From a virus (lineage: Duplodnaviria > Caudoviricetes), in the IMG/VR virus record IMGVR_UViG_3300036859_000475, positions 1 through 53,407 of that record: a DNA stretch of 53,407 bases; one strand, written 5' to 3'. The translations under genes and the position numbers were made by a program. Below are positions 36,852-45,332 of the stretch, in pieces; within the stretch, counting starts at the first letter, position 1; each line of letters starts with the position of its first letter. The notes beneath the pieces were generated by a model. The model did no database searches and had not been told where the DNA came from. It was given only the letters and a program-made list of their open reading frames with translations.

Positions 36852-37043
36852 GTGAACTTCTCCTTCCTCGGTGGCCGCAAGAACGTCGCCTACTACGTGA
36901 CGGTGCTCTCCGTCTTCGTGAAAGCTATCGTGCTGCACTCCTTGGACGTGGAGGTGATCCTGACAGCGGGGATCACCTTCATGGCGTCCAGTGCCGTGAT
37001 CGAGGCGTCGGCACAGATCGTTAGCGCGCGACGTCGGCGCTGA
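36852..37043 (+). CDS. Small two-helix membrane protein (holin-like)
   Basis: RBS AGGAG; GGRK followed by two hydrophobic segments. Confidence 0.6.
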   Translation: MNFSFLGGRKNVAYYVTVLSVFVKAIVLHSLDVEVILTAGITFMASSAVIEASAQIVSARRRR

Positions 37044-37049
37044 CCCGCC

Positions 37050-37178
37050 TCAGCGGCGCAGGCAGTCGTACCAAGCTGCGACGACCGCGATCCAGGCGTT
37101 GACGACCAGCACCAGAACGCCCCCGGTCACGCCGATCCCGGCGGGCGAGAGCACCGGCTGGACGAGGAAGCTCACCAT
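37050..37178 (-). CDS. Small membrane protein
   Basis: Single hydrophobic segment; last gene of the leftward operon. Confidence 0.45.
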   Translation of the reverse strand: MVSFLVQPVLSPAGIGVTGGVLVLVVNAWIAVVAAWYDCLRR

Positions 37179-37182
37179 CTCG

Positions 37183-37710
37183 CTAGGCCTTGCACTCCCA
37201 CTGTCCCTCGCCTGATTCCTGCAAGACGCGCCAGTTGACGCGCGCTTGCTCCTCGATCGGATAGTTGTGGGGATCGCCCCGCCCGCCGTGCGCATGCCAC
37301 GTCGAAAGCATGTCCTGGAAGAACGAATGACAGCAGGCGTTGTGGGCCATCTGGTCGAAGTCGGACTCGCATGAAACGATGGCCACGGCCCAATCGTCGG
37401 GGTGCTCGGGGTCCGTGTCCGGCCACGCGCAGCGCAGCCGACGCGAGAGGTCGGCCCGGCTACCTCCCTCGGGTCGGCAGGGATCCAGGGTCGGGGACGG
37501 TCGAGGCCGTGGAGTGGGCGTGGCGGGCGGGGCTGTGGGCTCCGGAGCGGGCGTGGGGGTCGGGGTGGCACCGGGAACCTCGAACGACGCCAGCGTCGCT
37601 TCTAGGGGTTCGTACGCCCTTGTGGCGGGAAATGCCCTACCGAGCGTTGCGGAAGCGAGGACCAGGGCCAGGGTAAAGAGCCGTGCTTCGGCCCTAGCGG
37701 TCGGTCGCAC
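37183..37710 (-). CDS. Secreted Rpf-like lytic transglycosylase with Pro/Thr linker
   Basis: Signal-like N-terminus; CES...FQ...STW.A.GG.G.P...EQ..V..RV....G.GQW.C. Confidence 0.75.
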   Translation of the reverse strand: MRPTARAEARLFTLALVLASATLGRAFPATRAYEPLEATLASFEVPGATPTPTPAPEPTAPPATPTPRPRPSPTLDPCRPEGGSRADLSRRLRCAWPDTDPEHPDDWAVAIVSCESDFDQMAHNACCHSFFQDMLSTWHAHGGRGDPHNYPIEEQARVNWRVLQESGEGQWECKA

Positions 37711-37712
37711 AG

Positions 37713-38045
37713 TCAGGAAGGCTCCGGTCCCCAGGAATGCAAGCTCCACCCGATCGCCTCGGCGAAGGCCGGGTCGTTCGTCACGAGCTCGTGGTGGGCG
37801 CGGCAGCACGCCTTGACGTTCGACTCGTCGGTGATCGAGCCGCCTCGCGCCCGGGAGCGAAGCTCGTGGACGTCGACGGATAGCGCTCGACAATCGGGGA
37901 ACTCGCAGATGGGGCGCTCGGCCAGAACCCGGCGTACGAGCGGGACGCGCTGCTCTCGGTAGGTTCGCGCCATTTTCTCCGAGCGATGTCGCAGGGCGGA
38001 TCTTCGGCGCAGCGTAGAGAACCTTTTCAAGCCGGACCGTCTCAT
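37713..38045 (-). CDS. HNH-family nuclease
   Basis: CE...C...DVHE..SRARGG...N...CRAHH. Confidence 0.7.
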   Translation of the reverse strand: MRRSGLKRFSTLRRRSALRHRSEKMARTYREQRVPLVRRVLAERPICEFPDCRALSVDVHELRSRARGGSITDESNVKACCRAHHELVTNDPAFAEAIGWSLHSWGPEPS

Positions 38046-38296
38046 TCGCGGCCTCTTGGCGCATATGGGGACACGGGGCTCCTTTCGAGGGGATTCGCCG
38101 CGCGGATGGGCGCAGCTCTCGCAGGTGACCTTTCTAACCCAAGCAGGGGCCCGAGCGCCACGACCGATGGGGGAGGGAAAGAGAGAGCGGCGCCCCCGGC
38201 AGGTTCGTCGGAACACGCAGGGGCGCCGCCCGTGGCGCCGGACGGAAGGAGGGGTCCCCACATCCGGCGCCAAACGATGCTACAAGCCCTCGGGGC

Positions 38297-38479
38297 CTAG
38301 AAGGGAGGCTCCTCGTCATCGGGAATCTCCATCAGCCCGAGGGCGAACTCCCTCATCTTGGCGAGGCATTCGTCGCCACAAAAGGTCATCGCACCCACCC
38401 GATGCGCGACAGGCCCCAGCTGCCCGCACGTCGCACATCGCGCCGGCTCTGGATCAAAAGTGATCGGGCTTCGCCTCAC
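38297..38479 (-). CDS. Small Zn-finger protein with acidic tail
   Basis: CATC...FCGDEC; ends DDEEPPF. Confidence 0.55.
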   Translation of the reverse strand: MRRSPITFDPEPARCATCGQLGPVAHRVGAMTFCGDECLAKMREFALGLMEIPDDEEPPF

Positions 38480-39650
38480 GCTCGGCGGCGAAGGCTTCGA
38501 GCCGGTCCGAGCACTTCCGAAGCGACGAGATCGCGAGGTCGCGCAGCGGCGAGGCGAAGCCCGTCAGCGCACCCATCTGCTCGTCGTCCAGGTCGAACTC
38601 GTCGGCCATGTCGGCGGCCATGAGCAGGGTGACCCGGCGCTCCTCGACGGGATCGCCGGACAGCTTCGCGTCCTGCTCGCTCGGCGCCCAGTCGGCCTGC
38701 GCAGCCGCGCGCAGCCGAGCGCCGAGCGTCTGCTCGACTGGCTCCCACTCCGGGTCCTCGGCGCGATGCAGCAAGTCGCGCAGCTCGTCCAGCCCGAGCT
38801 CCTTCGTGGAAGCCCTCGGCGCGATGGCCGAGCGCAGCTTGGCCTCGGCCGCGTCGCCCCATCGGGTGCGGCAGACCGTCCACAGCGCCCTGCGCGCCTG
38901 CTCCTCGGGCGTGAGTTCGTGGGCGGGCTCCGGTTCGGGCTGCTGCTGCGGGAGTGATTCTTCGGCAGGCTCGGGCTGCTGGCCTCCGACGTCGGCGGGC
39001 GCCACGATCGCGCCGTCGGTCAGCTCGTCGGCGGTGTAGCTGATCCCGGCACAGACGTCCTCGAACAGCGTGCCGACGAGCTCCGAGGTCGCGCGCGCGA
39101 CGAGCATGAATCGCGTGAACTTCTCCCACGCGAGCGGCGCGCCGTTCTGCGAGCGCGCGATGATCTCGCCGCGTTCGTTGCGAGCGCACAGCTTGGCCGT
39201 GATCGCATCGTCGATGGTGTAGGTCGCGCGGTCGTATTGACCGGTATCGACGCGCTTGCCCTCGACCACGGCTCGCTCGGCATTGCATTCCGCACGCACA
39301 ACGGCGATGTAGTGACCGCGCCGGCGCACGAGCGCGCGCATGAGCTCGGCCGAGAGGTTCGGCCGACCATCCACCACCTGAATCGATTGCAACGCTTGCA
39401 TCGGCCCGATGCCGAGTTCGCGCCCCGACAGGATGCACGCGAGGACCGCACCCGGCTTACCGCGCAATCCCCTCGGAACGAAATCGGTGTCGTTCACCTG
39501 ATTGGAGATCTGCGCGATGATGTTCCACTCGCCGCTCGACGGTGGGCCAAGCGTCGCCGGCGGCTTGGCCGCGAGCGCGGTGGTTTCCGGCTCGGGCTCC
39601 GGCTCAGTCTTGCGGTTCTTCATGTCCACGACCTCTGCCGTCTTGCTCAC
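38454..39650 (-). CDS. RecT-like single-strand annealing protein
   Basis: VPRGLRGKP, GRELGIGPMQALQSIQVVDGRP.LSAELMRALV, MLVARA, YTADEL. Confidence 0.8.
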   Translation of the reverse strand: MSKTAEVVDMKNRKTEPEPEPETTALAAKPPATLGPPSSGEWNIIAQISNQVNDTDFVPRGLRGKPGAVLACILSGRELGIGPMQALQSIQVVDGRPNLSAELMRALVRRRGHYIAVVRAECNAERAVVEGKRVDTGQYDRATYTIDDAITAKLCARNERGEIIARSQNGAPLAWEKFTRFMLVARATSELVGTLFEDVCAGISYTADELTDGAIVAPADVGGQQPEPAEESLPQQQPEPEPAHELTPEEQARRALWTVCRTRWGDAAEAKLRSAIAPRASTKELGLDELRDLLHRAEDPEWEPVEQTLGARLRAAAQADWAPSEQDAKLSGDPVEERRVTLLMAADMADEFDLDDEQMGALTGFASPLRDLAISSLRKCSDRLEAFAAEREAKPDHF

Positions 39651-39659
39651 GACCGCTCC

Positions 39660-40457
39660 TCATTGATTGATGGCGCGAACTGCCTCGAGCGCGAGGTTCA
39701 GGTGATCGACTAGGATGCAGTCTCCCCAGGCTTCGCTCGCGGCCTTGATGGCCTTCTCTAGCTGTTCGGCGATGCGCTCGGCCACCCGATCGGCTACGAG
39801 CGTGCGCTGGTGGGGCCTGACGCGCGACTGCCTCACCTCTACGACGTCCTCGTACCTGATGGTGCCGTTGGCTTGTAGCCGACGCGCTAGCTCGCGTTGC
39901 TGCTCTTCGTCGCAGCGCGCGGCAGCCTCGCCCGCCTTGGTGCCGATGCGGCCGTCCAGCCAGGCATTGCGGATCGGATTCGACAGCGACGCGAGGCGCA
40001 TCCGCTTGCGGATGGTCTTGAGCGGGATGCCGGTGTCGCGGGCGATCACCACCGCCGACGGCGTGCCCTCGGCCGTGCGCATGATCTCCTCGATGAGTTC
40101 GAGCTCGACCACCGGATTCGGCGAAGCGTGCACGTTGCCCGCCAGCGCTACCGCCGAATCGGTCAGCCCGAGGTTGCCGTCGACCAGCACGCGCGCCGGA
40201 ACCTCGCGGACGCCGACGTGGCGGGCGGCTCGCGTCCGGCGGCGCCCGTCGATGACCACGAACGACTTGCCGTCTCTCCTCAGCAGCACGGGCGTGAACA
40301 CGCCGTGGATCTCCACCGAGCGCAACATTCCCTCGTCCGGCGGCGAGCCCCAGTTCGCCTCGCGGATCAGCTTTACTGGGACGACGGCGTCGGCCCACTC
40401 GGGTGGCGGTCCGAGGTCGAGTCCTGGCTGCCGTGCCTCTTCCTGCTTGCTCGTCAT
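39660..40457 (-). CDS. ParB/Spo0J-like protein with HTH
   Basis: SV..HGV.TPVLL, VIDGRRRTRAA, IARDTG. Confidence 0.8.
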   Translation of the reverse strand: MTSKQEEARQPGLDLGPPPEWADAVVPVKLIREANWGSPPDEGMLRSVEIHGVFTPVLLRRDGKSFVVIDGRRRTRAARHVGVREVPARVLVDGNLGLTDSAVALAGNVHASPNPVVELELIEEIMRTAEGTPSAVVIARDTGIPLKTIRKRMRLASLSNPIRNAWLDGRIGTKAGEAAARCDEEQQRELARRLQANGTIRYEDVVEVRQSRVRPHQRTLVADRVAERIAEQLEKAIKAASEAWGDCILVDHLNLALEAVRAINQ

Positions 40458-40585
40458 CACCGCACCTCTCCTTCCTCGAAGACGTCCCGAAGCAACTCCC
40501 ACGCCTGCGTCACGAGCGCGCTCGTGACGACCACGAAGGTCGTCGGCAAGATCGCGAAGCGAAAAACCAGGTCGAGCCACCTCAT
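40457..40585 (-). CDS. Small membrane protein (42 aa)
   Basis: Translated by hand; overlaps both neighbours. Confidence 0.4.
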   Translation of the reverse strand: MRWLDLVFRFAILPTTFVVVTSALVTQAWELLRDVFEEGEVR

Positions 40586-40776
40586 GCCTCATGCACCTCC
40601 TTAGGCCGGTCGTCCAATCCGGCCATCTCGAAGTCGGCCAGCCGGTCGCGAGCGCGGCCCACCGGACAGCGCGCGCTTGAGTGGGCAGGCCAGCACACGT
40701 GCGCCTTGTGCGGCGCCACGAGCTCGCGCACGGATCGCGCGAGCTCGTCGGCGAGCACGTGCCAGTCGACGTTCAT
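40582..40776 (-). CDS. Hypothetical protein
   Basis: ATGA overlaps. Confidence 0.5.
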   Translation of the reverse strand: MNVDWHVLADELARSVRELVAPHKAHVCWPAHSSARCPVGRARDRLADFEMAGLDDRPKEVHEA

Positions 40777-40994
40777 CGAGCGAACTCGATGGAGCGCAGC
40801 GCTTGCCGGCGCTCCGCGCTGCGGTCGCGCCGCTGGCGACGTTCCGCCGCGGCCCGTGCGCGCATCCGTGAGATGATCACGGCCGTCGCCCACGTCGGCC
40901 AAGTGTTCTCATCCCACAGCGCGCCGAACGCACGCTCGCCCAGTTCGCTGCGGATCGCGCACCGCTCCCGGCGCGCGAGTTCGTAGCTGATCAC
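40773..40994 (-). CDS. Hypothetical protein
   Basis: RBS AAAGGAGG. Confidence 0.55.
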   Translation of the reverse strand: MISYELARRERCAIRSELGERAFGALWDENTWPTWATAVIISRMRARAAAERRQRRDRSAERRQALRSIEFAR

Positions 40995-41042
40995 TTCGGC
41001 GGCCCCTCCTTTCGTCCCTGTGCTCCGACGTGTGAGAAAGGA

Positions 41043-41516
41043 TTATATCTCTAGCCGCCGACGTTGCGCTCTCTTATTTTCACGCGCCCAACGGCGACAC
41101 TCGTCACATCGACATCTGAGCGTCCTATAGCCACCGCTCGTGCCATGCCGAATAACGGCCCTGCGCTCAGCTATGACCTCGGCTTGCGTTCTCGCACCTC
41201 GCCTCCGCCGAAGTTGCCTATAGTACGCCGTGTTGGCCTCTCGGCACTGTTCGCAGCGACACTTGTGATTGACGTATTCGCTCAGCGTGCCGTGTTTGGG
41301 CATTCGAGGGCGATGGACGACCGAATGTTTGTCGTAGTGGCACCTGTGACAGATCGGCACGATATCGCCCTTGTGGGCCTCGTCGTAGCCACGATGATGG
41401 TGATATTCCTGCGCGCTCGCTCCGCAGTTACAAATCTGTAGGTGCGGCCGAGGCAACTTCCCCGTCCGGATCAGATATGCGACATGATCGCGGGCTCGCT
41501 TGGGCTGCGTAGACAT
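41043..41516 (-). CDS. HNH-like protein with two HGT..Y..CRC..C repeats
   Basis: YHHH.GYD...ICHRCH; TAAGAT 8 nt upstream of ATG. Confidence 0.7.
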   Translation of the reverse strand: MSTQPKRARDHVAYLIRTGKLPRPHLQICNCGASAQEYHHHRGYDEAHKGDIVPICHRCHYDKHSVVHRPRMPKHGTLSEYVNHKCRCEQCREANTAYYRQLRRRRGARTQAEVIAERRAVIRHGTSGGYRTLRCRCDECRRWARENKRAQRRRLEI

Positions 41517-41599
41517 GAGGGCCCATCTTATAGCCCGGCGCGGACAACTGGCTTCGACCAAGCTCCTGACCAGCGCTTTTGCCTCGTATCCCAGGCCAC

Positions 41600-41628
41600 T
41601 GGCAACCGAGCCGGGGCTGGGGTACGCT
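41600..41628 (+). promoter_or_regulatory. Rightward early promoter candidate
   Basis: TGGCAA-17 nt-TACGCT in the divergent intergenic region. Confidence 0.5.
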
Positions 41629-41681
41629 TGTACCAGTCGGAACACGGAGGCCCACCAGGGCCAAGAGAAGGAGGGACGCTG

Positions 41682-42026
41682 ATGAGAACTGGAGATTTCG
41701 GACCGCTTGTCCCCAAGGGACCGGCCTATCGCTGGATCCGCGCCGCCGATCGAGTGCCGACGTACGCCGAACTCCGCGACGAGGACCCGATGCTGCGTGT
41801 ACGCCTGTTCAATCCGCAGGGAGCGGGCACGTGGTGGATCGCAGCGTTCGACCCGGATCCTGAGGGCGGCACGAACTCGATCGCGTACGGCGTTGCGGAG
41901 ATCCAGGAGCGCGAGATCGGCTCGTTCTCGCTGGACGAACTCGCGCACTACCGGGGGCCGTTCGGGCTCCCGATCGAGCGCGACCTGCACTTCGAGCCGT
42001 GCCGCATGTCAGAGGTGGCGGGATGA
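41682..42026 (+). CDS. DUF2958-like protein
   Basis: LFNP.GAGTW, EIGSFSLDEL, GPFGLPIERDLHF. Confidence 0.85.
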   Translation: MRTGDFGPLVPKGPAYRWIRAADRVPTYAELRDEDPMLRVRLFNPQGAGTWWIAAFDPDPEGGTNSIAYGVAEIQEREIGSFSLDELAHYRGPFGLPIERDLHFEPCRMSEVAG

Positions 42027-42232
42027 CCTCCGCGCTCGACAACGCGAAGCGTCTTCTCGTTCACTACTTCCGGCTCGCTGGGATCGAAGTCGACCGCGAT
42101 CGGGACCTCCGCGTCGAGATAGAGAGCATCGTCGACGAGATCGCGACCGGCGTCCTGAAGGCCGTGCGCGATGGTGCGGAGCCCTGCATCAAGCATGGCG
42201 CGTATCCGTGCTCGACCTGCCTAGTGCCGTGA
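42023..42232 (+). CDS. Hypothetical protein
   Basis: Overlaps both neighbours. Confidence 0.55.
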   Translation: MTSALDNAKRLLVHYFRLAGIEVDRDRDLRVEIESIVDEIATGVLKAVRDGAEPCIKHGAYPCSTCLVP

Positions 42233-42531
42233 TGGGCAAGCCCGTCCGGACCGACGAGTTCGGCTGGCGGTTGAAGACCATCCGGGAGCGCGAGCAGGTC
42301 GGATACGGGTCTGTGCAGCGGCGCTCGCGCGGCGTCTACCTCGCGCGATGCGCGGACGACGCGGGGAACTTCGACGAGTGCGACGCGTTCTCGACGCTGG
42401 CCGCTGCGAAGCGCTGGGTGAAGGAGTCCGGCGACGAGACGTGGACTTGGGGGCGCTGGGAACGCGACCCCGCGGCCGACGCCTGGTACTGCCAGTCGAC
42501 GTCCGTGATCGAGCGGGAGGTGGAAGCGTGA
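42232..42531 (+). CDS. Hypothetical protein
   Basis: Overlaps both neighbours. Confidence 0.55.
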   Translation: MGKPVRTDEFGWRLKTIREREQVGYGSVQRRSRGVYLARCADDAGNFDECDAFSTLAAAKRWVKESGDETWTWGRWERDPAADAWYCQSTSVIEREVEA

Positions 42532-43322
42532 CGACGACAGACAAGGCGAGCGCGCTGCTCGCCGAGCTGAAGGACGGCATCGAGCATGCCCTGAGCGAGG
42601 ACGGCTGGCGAGAATACCTGGCCGTCGGGGCCCGCTTTCATCGCTACTCGCTCAACAACGTGATCCTCATCCACACGCAGCGCCCGGACGCGACTCGCGT
42701 GGCGGGCTTTCGGTTGTGGCAATCGCTCGGGCGCCAGGTCCGCAAGGGGGAGAAGGGCATCGCCATCCTCGCCCCGGTCGTCCGCAAGGTCGAGGAGGAC
42801 TCGGGCGAGCAGTCTCGCGCCGTGGTCGGATTCCGGTGCGCCCACGTCTTCGACGTGGCGCAGACCGACGGAGAGCCGCTGCCGGACCCCGTCCTGCCGC
42901 AGGAACTCGACGGCGAGGCGCCGGCAGCGCTCGCGGAGTTAGAGAGGTTCGTCGGGGAGATCGGATTCACCCTTCGTCGCGGCGACGCCGGTGCCGCGAA
43001 CGGCTGGATGGACGCTCGCGAGAAGCTGATCCTGGTCAGCGACGCGCTCGATCCGGCCACGGCCTTCAAGACGCTGGTTCACGAAGTGGCGCACGCGCTG
43101 GTCCACGTCGACGCCGGTGTGGAGCATGGGTTGCAGGAGCTCGAGGCCGAGTCGTGCGCGTTCGTCGTCTGCAAGGCGCTCGGGCTGGACGCGTCGAGGT
43201 ATTCGTTTCGCTACCTGGCCTCGTGGAGCGGTGGCGATCCCGAGCAGGTGATGAAGGCGGGCGAGCGCGCGCTGCGCGCGGCCGACCGCATACTCGGCGC
43301 GCTCTCGAAGGAGGCGTCGTGA
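42528..43322 (+). CDS. ardC: ArdC-like antirestriction protein (ssDNA-binding plus HExxH domain)
   Basis: FHRYSLNN..LI..Q.PDAT.VAGF..W..LGRQVRKGEKGI.ILAP, VFDVAQTDG, TLVHEVAH, ELEAE. Confidence 0.85.
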   Translation: MTTTDKASALLAELKDGIEHALSEDGWREYLAVGARFHRYSLNNVILIHTQRPDATRVAGFRLWQSLGRQVRKGEKGIAILAPVVRKVEEDSGEQSRAVVGFRCAHVFDVAQTDGEPLPDPVLPQELDGEAPAALAELERFVGEIGFTLRRGDAGAANGWMDAREKLILVSDALDPATAFKTLVHEVAHALVHVDAGVEHGLQELEAESCAFVVCKALGLDASRYSFRYLASWSGGDPEQVMKAGERALRAADRILGALSKEAS

Positions 43323-43648
43323 GCGTCGTCTACCTCATCCACTTCGACGATCCCTATCCGCGGGACTCCCGGGGTTCGGTCCAGCACTACATCGGGTTCA
43401 GCGGGTTCGGGCGCGGCATGCTGCGCCGTCGACTGGGCTATCACGCGGCGGGCAGCGGCGCCCGGCTGATGGATGCCGTCCGGCGCGCGGGGATAGGTTG
43501 GCGCGTCGTGCGGCTGTGGTGGGGCGAGGGGCGCGAGTTCGAGCGCCGCCTGAAGCGGTGCAAGAAGGCCCGCGAATTCTGTCCCGTCTGCCGGGGCGAG
43601 CGCGTGCGCTTGCGCGCGCCGTATTGGGTCCAGGCGGCTGCGTCGTGA
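43319..43648 (+). CDS. GIY-YIG-like endonuclease
   Basis: VYLIHF...HYIGF...RL..H..GSGARL...ERRLK...CPVC. Confidence 0.7.
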   Translation: MSVVYLIHFDDPYPRDSRGSVQHYIGFSGFGRGMLRRRLGYHAAGSGARLMDAVRRAGIGWRVVRLWWGEGREFERRLKRCKKAREFCPVCRGERVRLRAPYWVQAAAS

Positions 43649-43884
43649 GGTCGGCCGGCGAGCTGAGGCTCATCCTGCTCCGAGAGCTGCACCACGTCGG
43701 CTTGGTCCGCGCGGTCGAACTCGCGCCGCGACTCGGACTTTCCTACCGCTCGGTCACGACCGTGCTCGGTCGGCTCGAAGCCGAGGGCCTGGCCCGCAAG
43801 GTGAAGGCGCTGAGCGGAACGTGGACGGCTACTCCGGCGGGCGACCAGGAGTTCGGCCGGCTGCGTCGGTTGTTGGCCGGATGA
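43645..43884 (+). CDS. Winged-helix DNA-binding protein
   Basis: ELA.RLGLS...V...L.RLEAEGL...W..T..G. Confidence 0.7.
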   Translation: MRSAGELRLILLRELHHVGLVRAVELAPRLGLSYRSVTTVLGRLEAEGLARKVKALSGTWTATPAGDQEFGRLRRLLAG

Positions 43885-43947
43885 CGCAGCGTCGAAATAT
43901 GCTCGTCCCGCGTCGGGACGAGCCGAGAAGGAGGGGGGTGCTCAGAG

Positions 43948-44160
43948 TTGGCCGAGCTTCGCTTCACACGGGGCGACGAAGTTGAGCTGCCGAAGAAGCC
44001 GTTCGGGAGCAGCCGGGGCGTCGTTGTCCATTCCATTCGCAACACCCACGGGATCGAGACCACGACGGTCCAGCGCGTCGTGGACGGCCGACCCGTCCAC
44101 ACGGTCATATGCGCGGACCAGCTGTATCGCATCGGGAAAGCTCGGGCGAACCCGACATGA
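43948..44160 (+). CDS. Hypothetical SH3-like protein
   Basis: RBS AAGGAGG; F.RGDEV. Confidence 0.5.
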   Translation: MAELRFTRGDEVELPKKPFGSSRGVVVHSIRNTHGIETTTVQRVVDGRPVHTVICADQLYRIGKARANPT

Positions 44161-44456
44161 TTGGCAAGGAGCGCAACAGCAATCTCGCTAGCGCCGGCGT
44201 ACCGGTCGGTCCGGTCCGCGATCGGATCGTCGAACTACTCGGCGGCGAACCGTCGACGAGCTCGCTCGACTGGCGCGAAGGCCGACGGCGGCACCTGTTG
44301 AATCGCGCCAACCGAACCGTCGCGTTCGTTCGCCACGGTGCCGGACAGTACGTCATCGCGTGGGCGGTCGACGACGACGGCACTTCGCAGTCCGAAACCT
44401 GGACAGCGACGGTGACGTGGACGCGTTCGACGCGGATCGAAGGAAAGGCGCCGTGA
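44157..44456 (+). CDS. Hypothetical protein
   Basis: ATGA overlap. Confidence 0.5.
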   Translation: MIGKERNSNLASAGVPVGPVRDRIVELLGGEPSTSSLDWREGRRRHLLNRANRTVAFVRHGAGQYVIAWAVDDDGTSQSETWTATVTWTRSTRIEGKAP

Positions 44457-44505
44457 ATTGGATCTATGACGCACGACTGTGTCCCGCGCGCGAAGGAGGG
44501 ACGAC

Positions 44506-44763
44506 ATGAAGTGTCCGAAGGACGCCATGGAACATAAGCCGATCAAACTCGGCGACGGACTGATCGGCTGTCCGGGCTGCGGCGCGGTGTTCGACGAGGA
44601 AACTCTCGAACAGGTCGAGTCGCATGACGCGATCTTGGAACTGCTCGGCCAGCCCCGAGCGGCCGTGCAGTATCAGACGCAGGACGGAGAACAGGTCACG
44701 TACTTCGAGTACGGCGATTACGCCGGGAAGCTGACCGTCGTGCGACGAGGCGAGACGCGATGA
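44506..44763 (+). CDS. Zn-ribbon hypothetical protein
   Basis: RBS AAGGAGG; CPKD...CPGC. Confidence 0.6.
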   Translation: MKCPKDAMEHKPIKLGDGLIGCPGCGAVFDEETLEQVESHDAILELLGQPRAAVQYQTQDGEQVTYFEYGDYAGKLTVVRRGETR

Positions 44764-44794
44764 CGGCCTCGTTCGCAAATGCGCCATCAGACAA

Positions 44795-44840
44795 CCGAAG
44801 GGGCAGCCCCCGCGCGGTTCGGCGACGGGCTGCCCCTCGG
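44795..44840. terminator. Strong hairpin after the ArdC operon
   Basis: CCGAAGGGGCAGCCC / GGGCTGCCCCTCGG. Confidence 0.55.
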
Positions 44841-44924
44841 ACCCTACCGACCGGCTGGCGCCGGGTGGTAGGGTGTCGATGTGGGATCGACGATCAATCG
44901 TAGCCGACACGCCCGACGGACGCC

Positions 44925-45332
44925 ATGAGCCGCACGCCAGAGATTCGTCGTGATCGTGATCGGGTTCTGATGTGGTGGGGAATGATGTTCGGTTGCTACT
45001 ACCACATCAGCGAAGCAGAACGCGCAGAGCTCCACGCATGGGAAGACCGGAACGCCAGCACAGATAGTCGCGCTACTTCCGATTGGCCCGGCTGGGGCCG
45101 ATGGCTACCCCCGCCGCCATTCGGGGCAGACGCTGGGGATCGGAAGCGATCTATCCCCGCGAGCCTTCGCATGGCCGTGTTGGCGCGCGATGGCCACGCC
45201 TGCGTCCGCTGCGGTGTGACGGACCAATTACAGTGCGATCACGTCATCGCCGAATCCCGCGGCGGGCCAACGGTCCTCGACAACCTCCAGACGCTCTGTC
45301 GAGCTTGCAACTCGGCGAAGGGCGCGCAATGA
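44925..45332 (+). CDS. HNH endonuclease
   Basis: VLARDGHACVRCG, DHVI..SRGG....NLQTLC..CN..KG. Confidence 0.88.
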   Translation: MSRTPEIRRDRDRVLMWWGMMFGCYYHISEAERAELHAWEDRNASTDSRATSDWPGWGRWLPPPPFGADAGDRKRSIPASLRMAVLARDGHACVRCGVTDQLQCDHVIAESRGGPTVLDNLQTLCRACNSAKGAQ

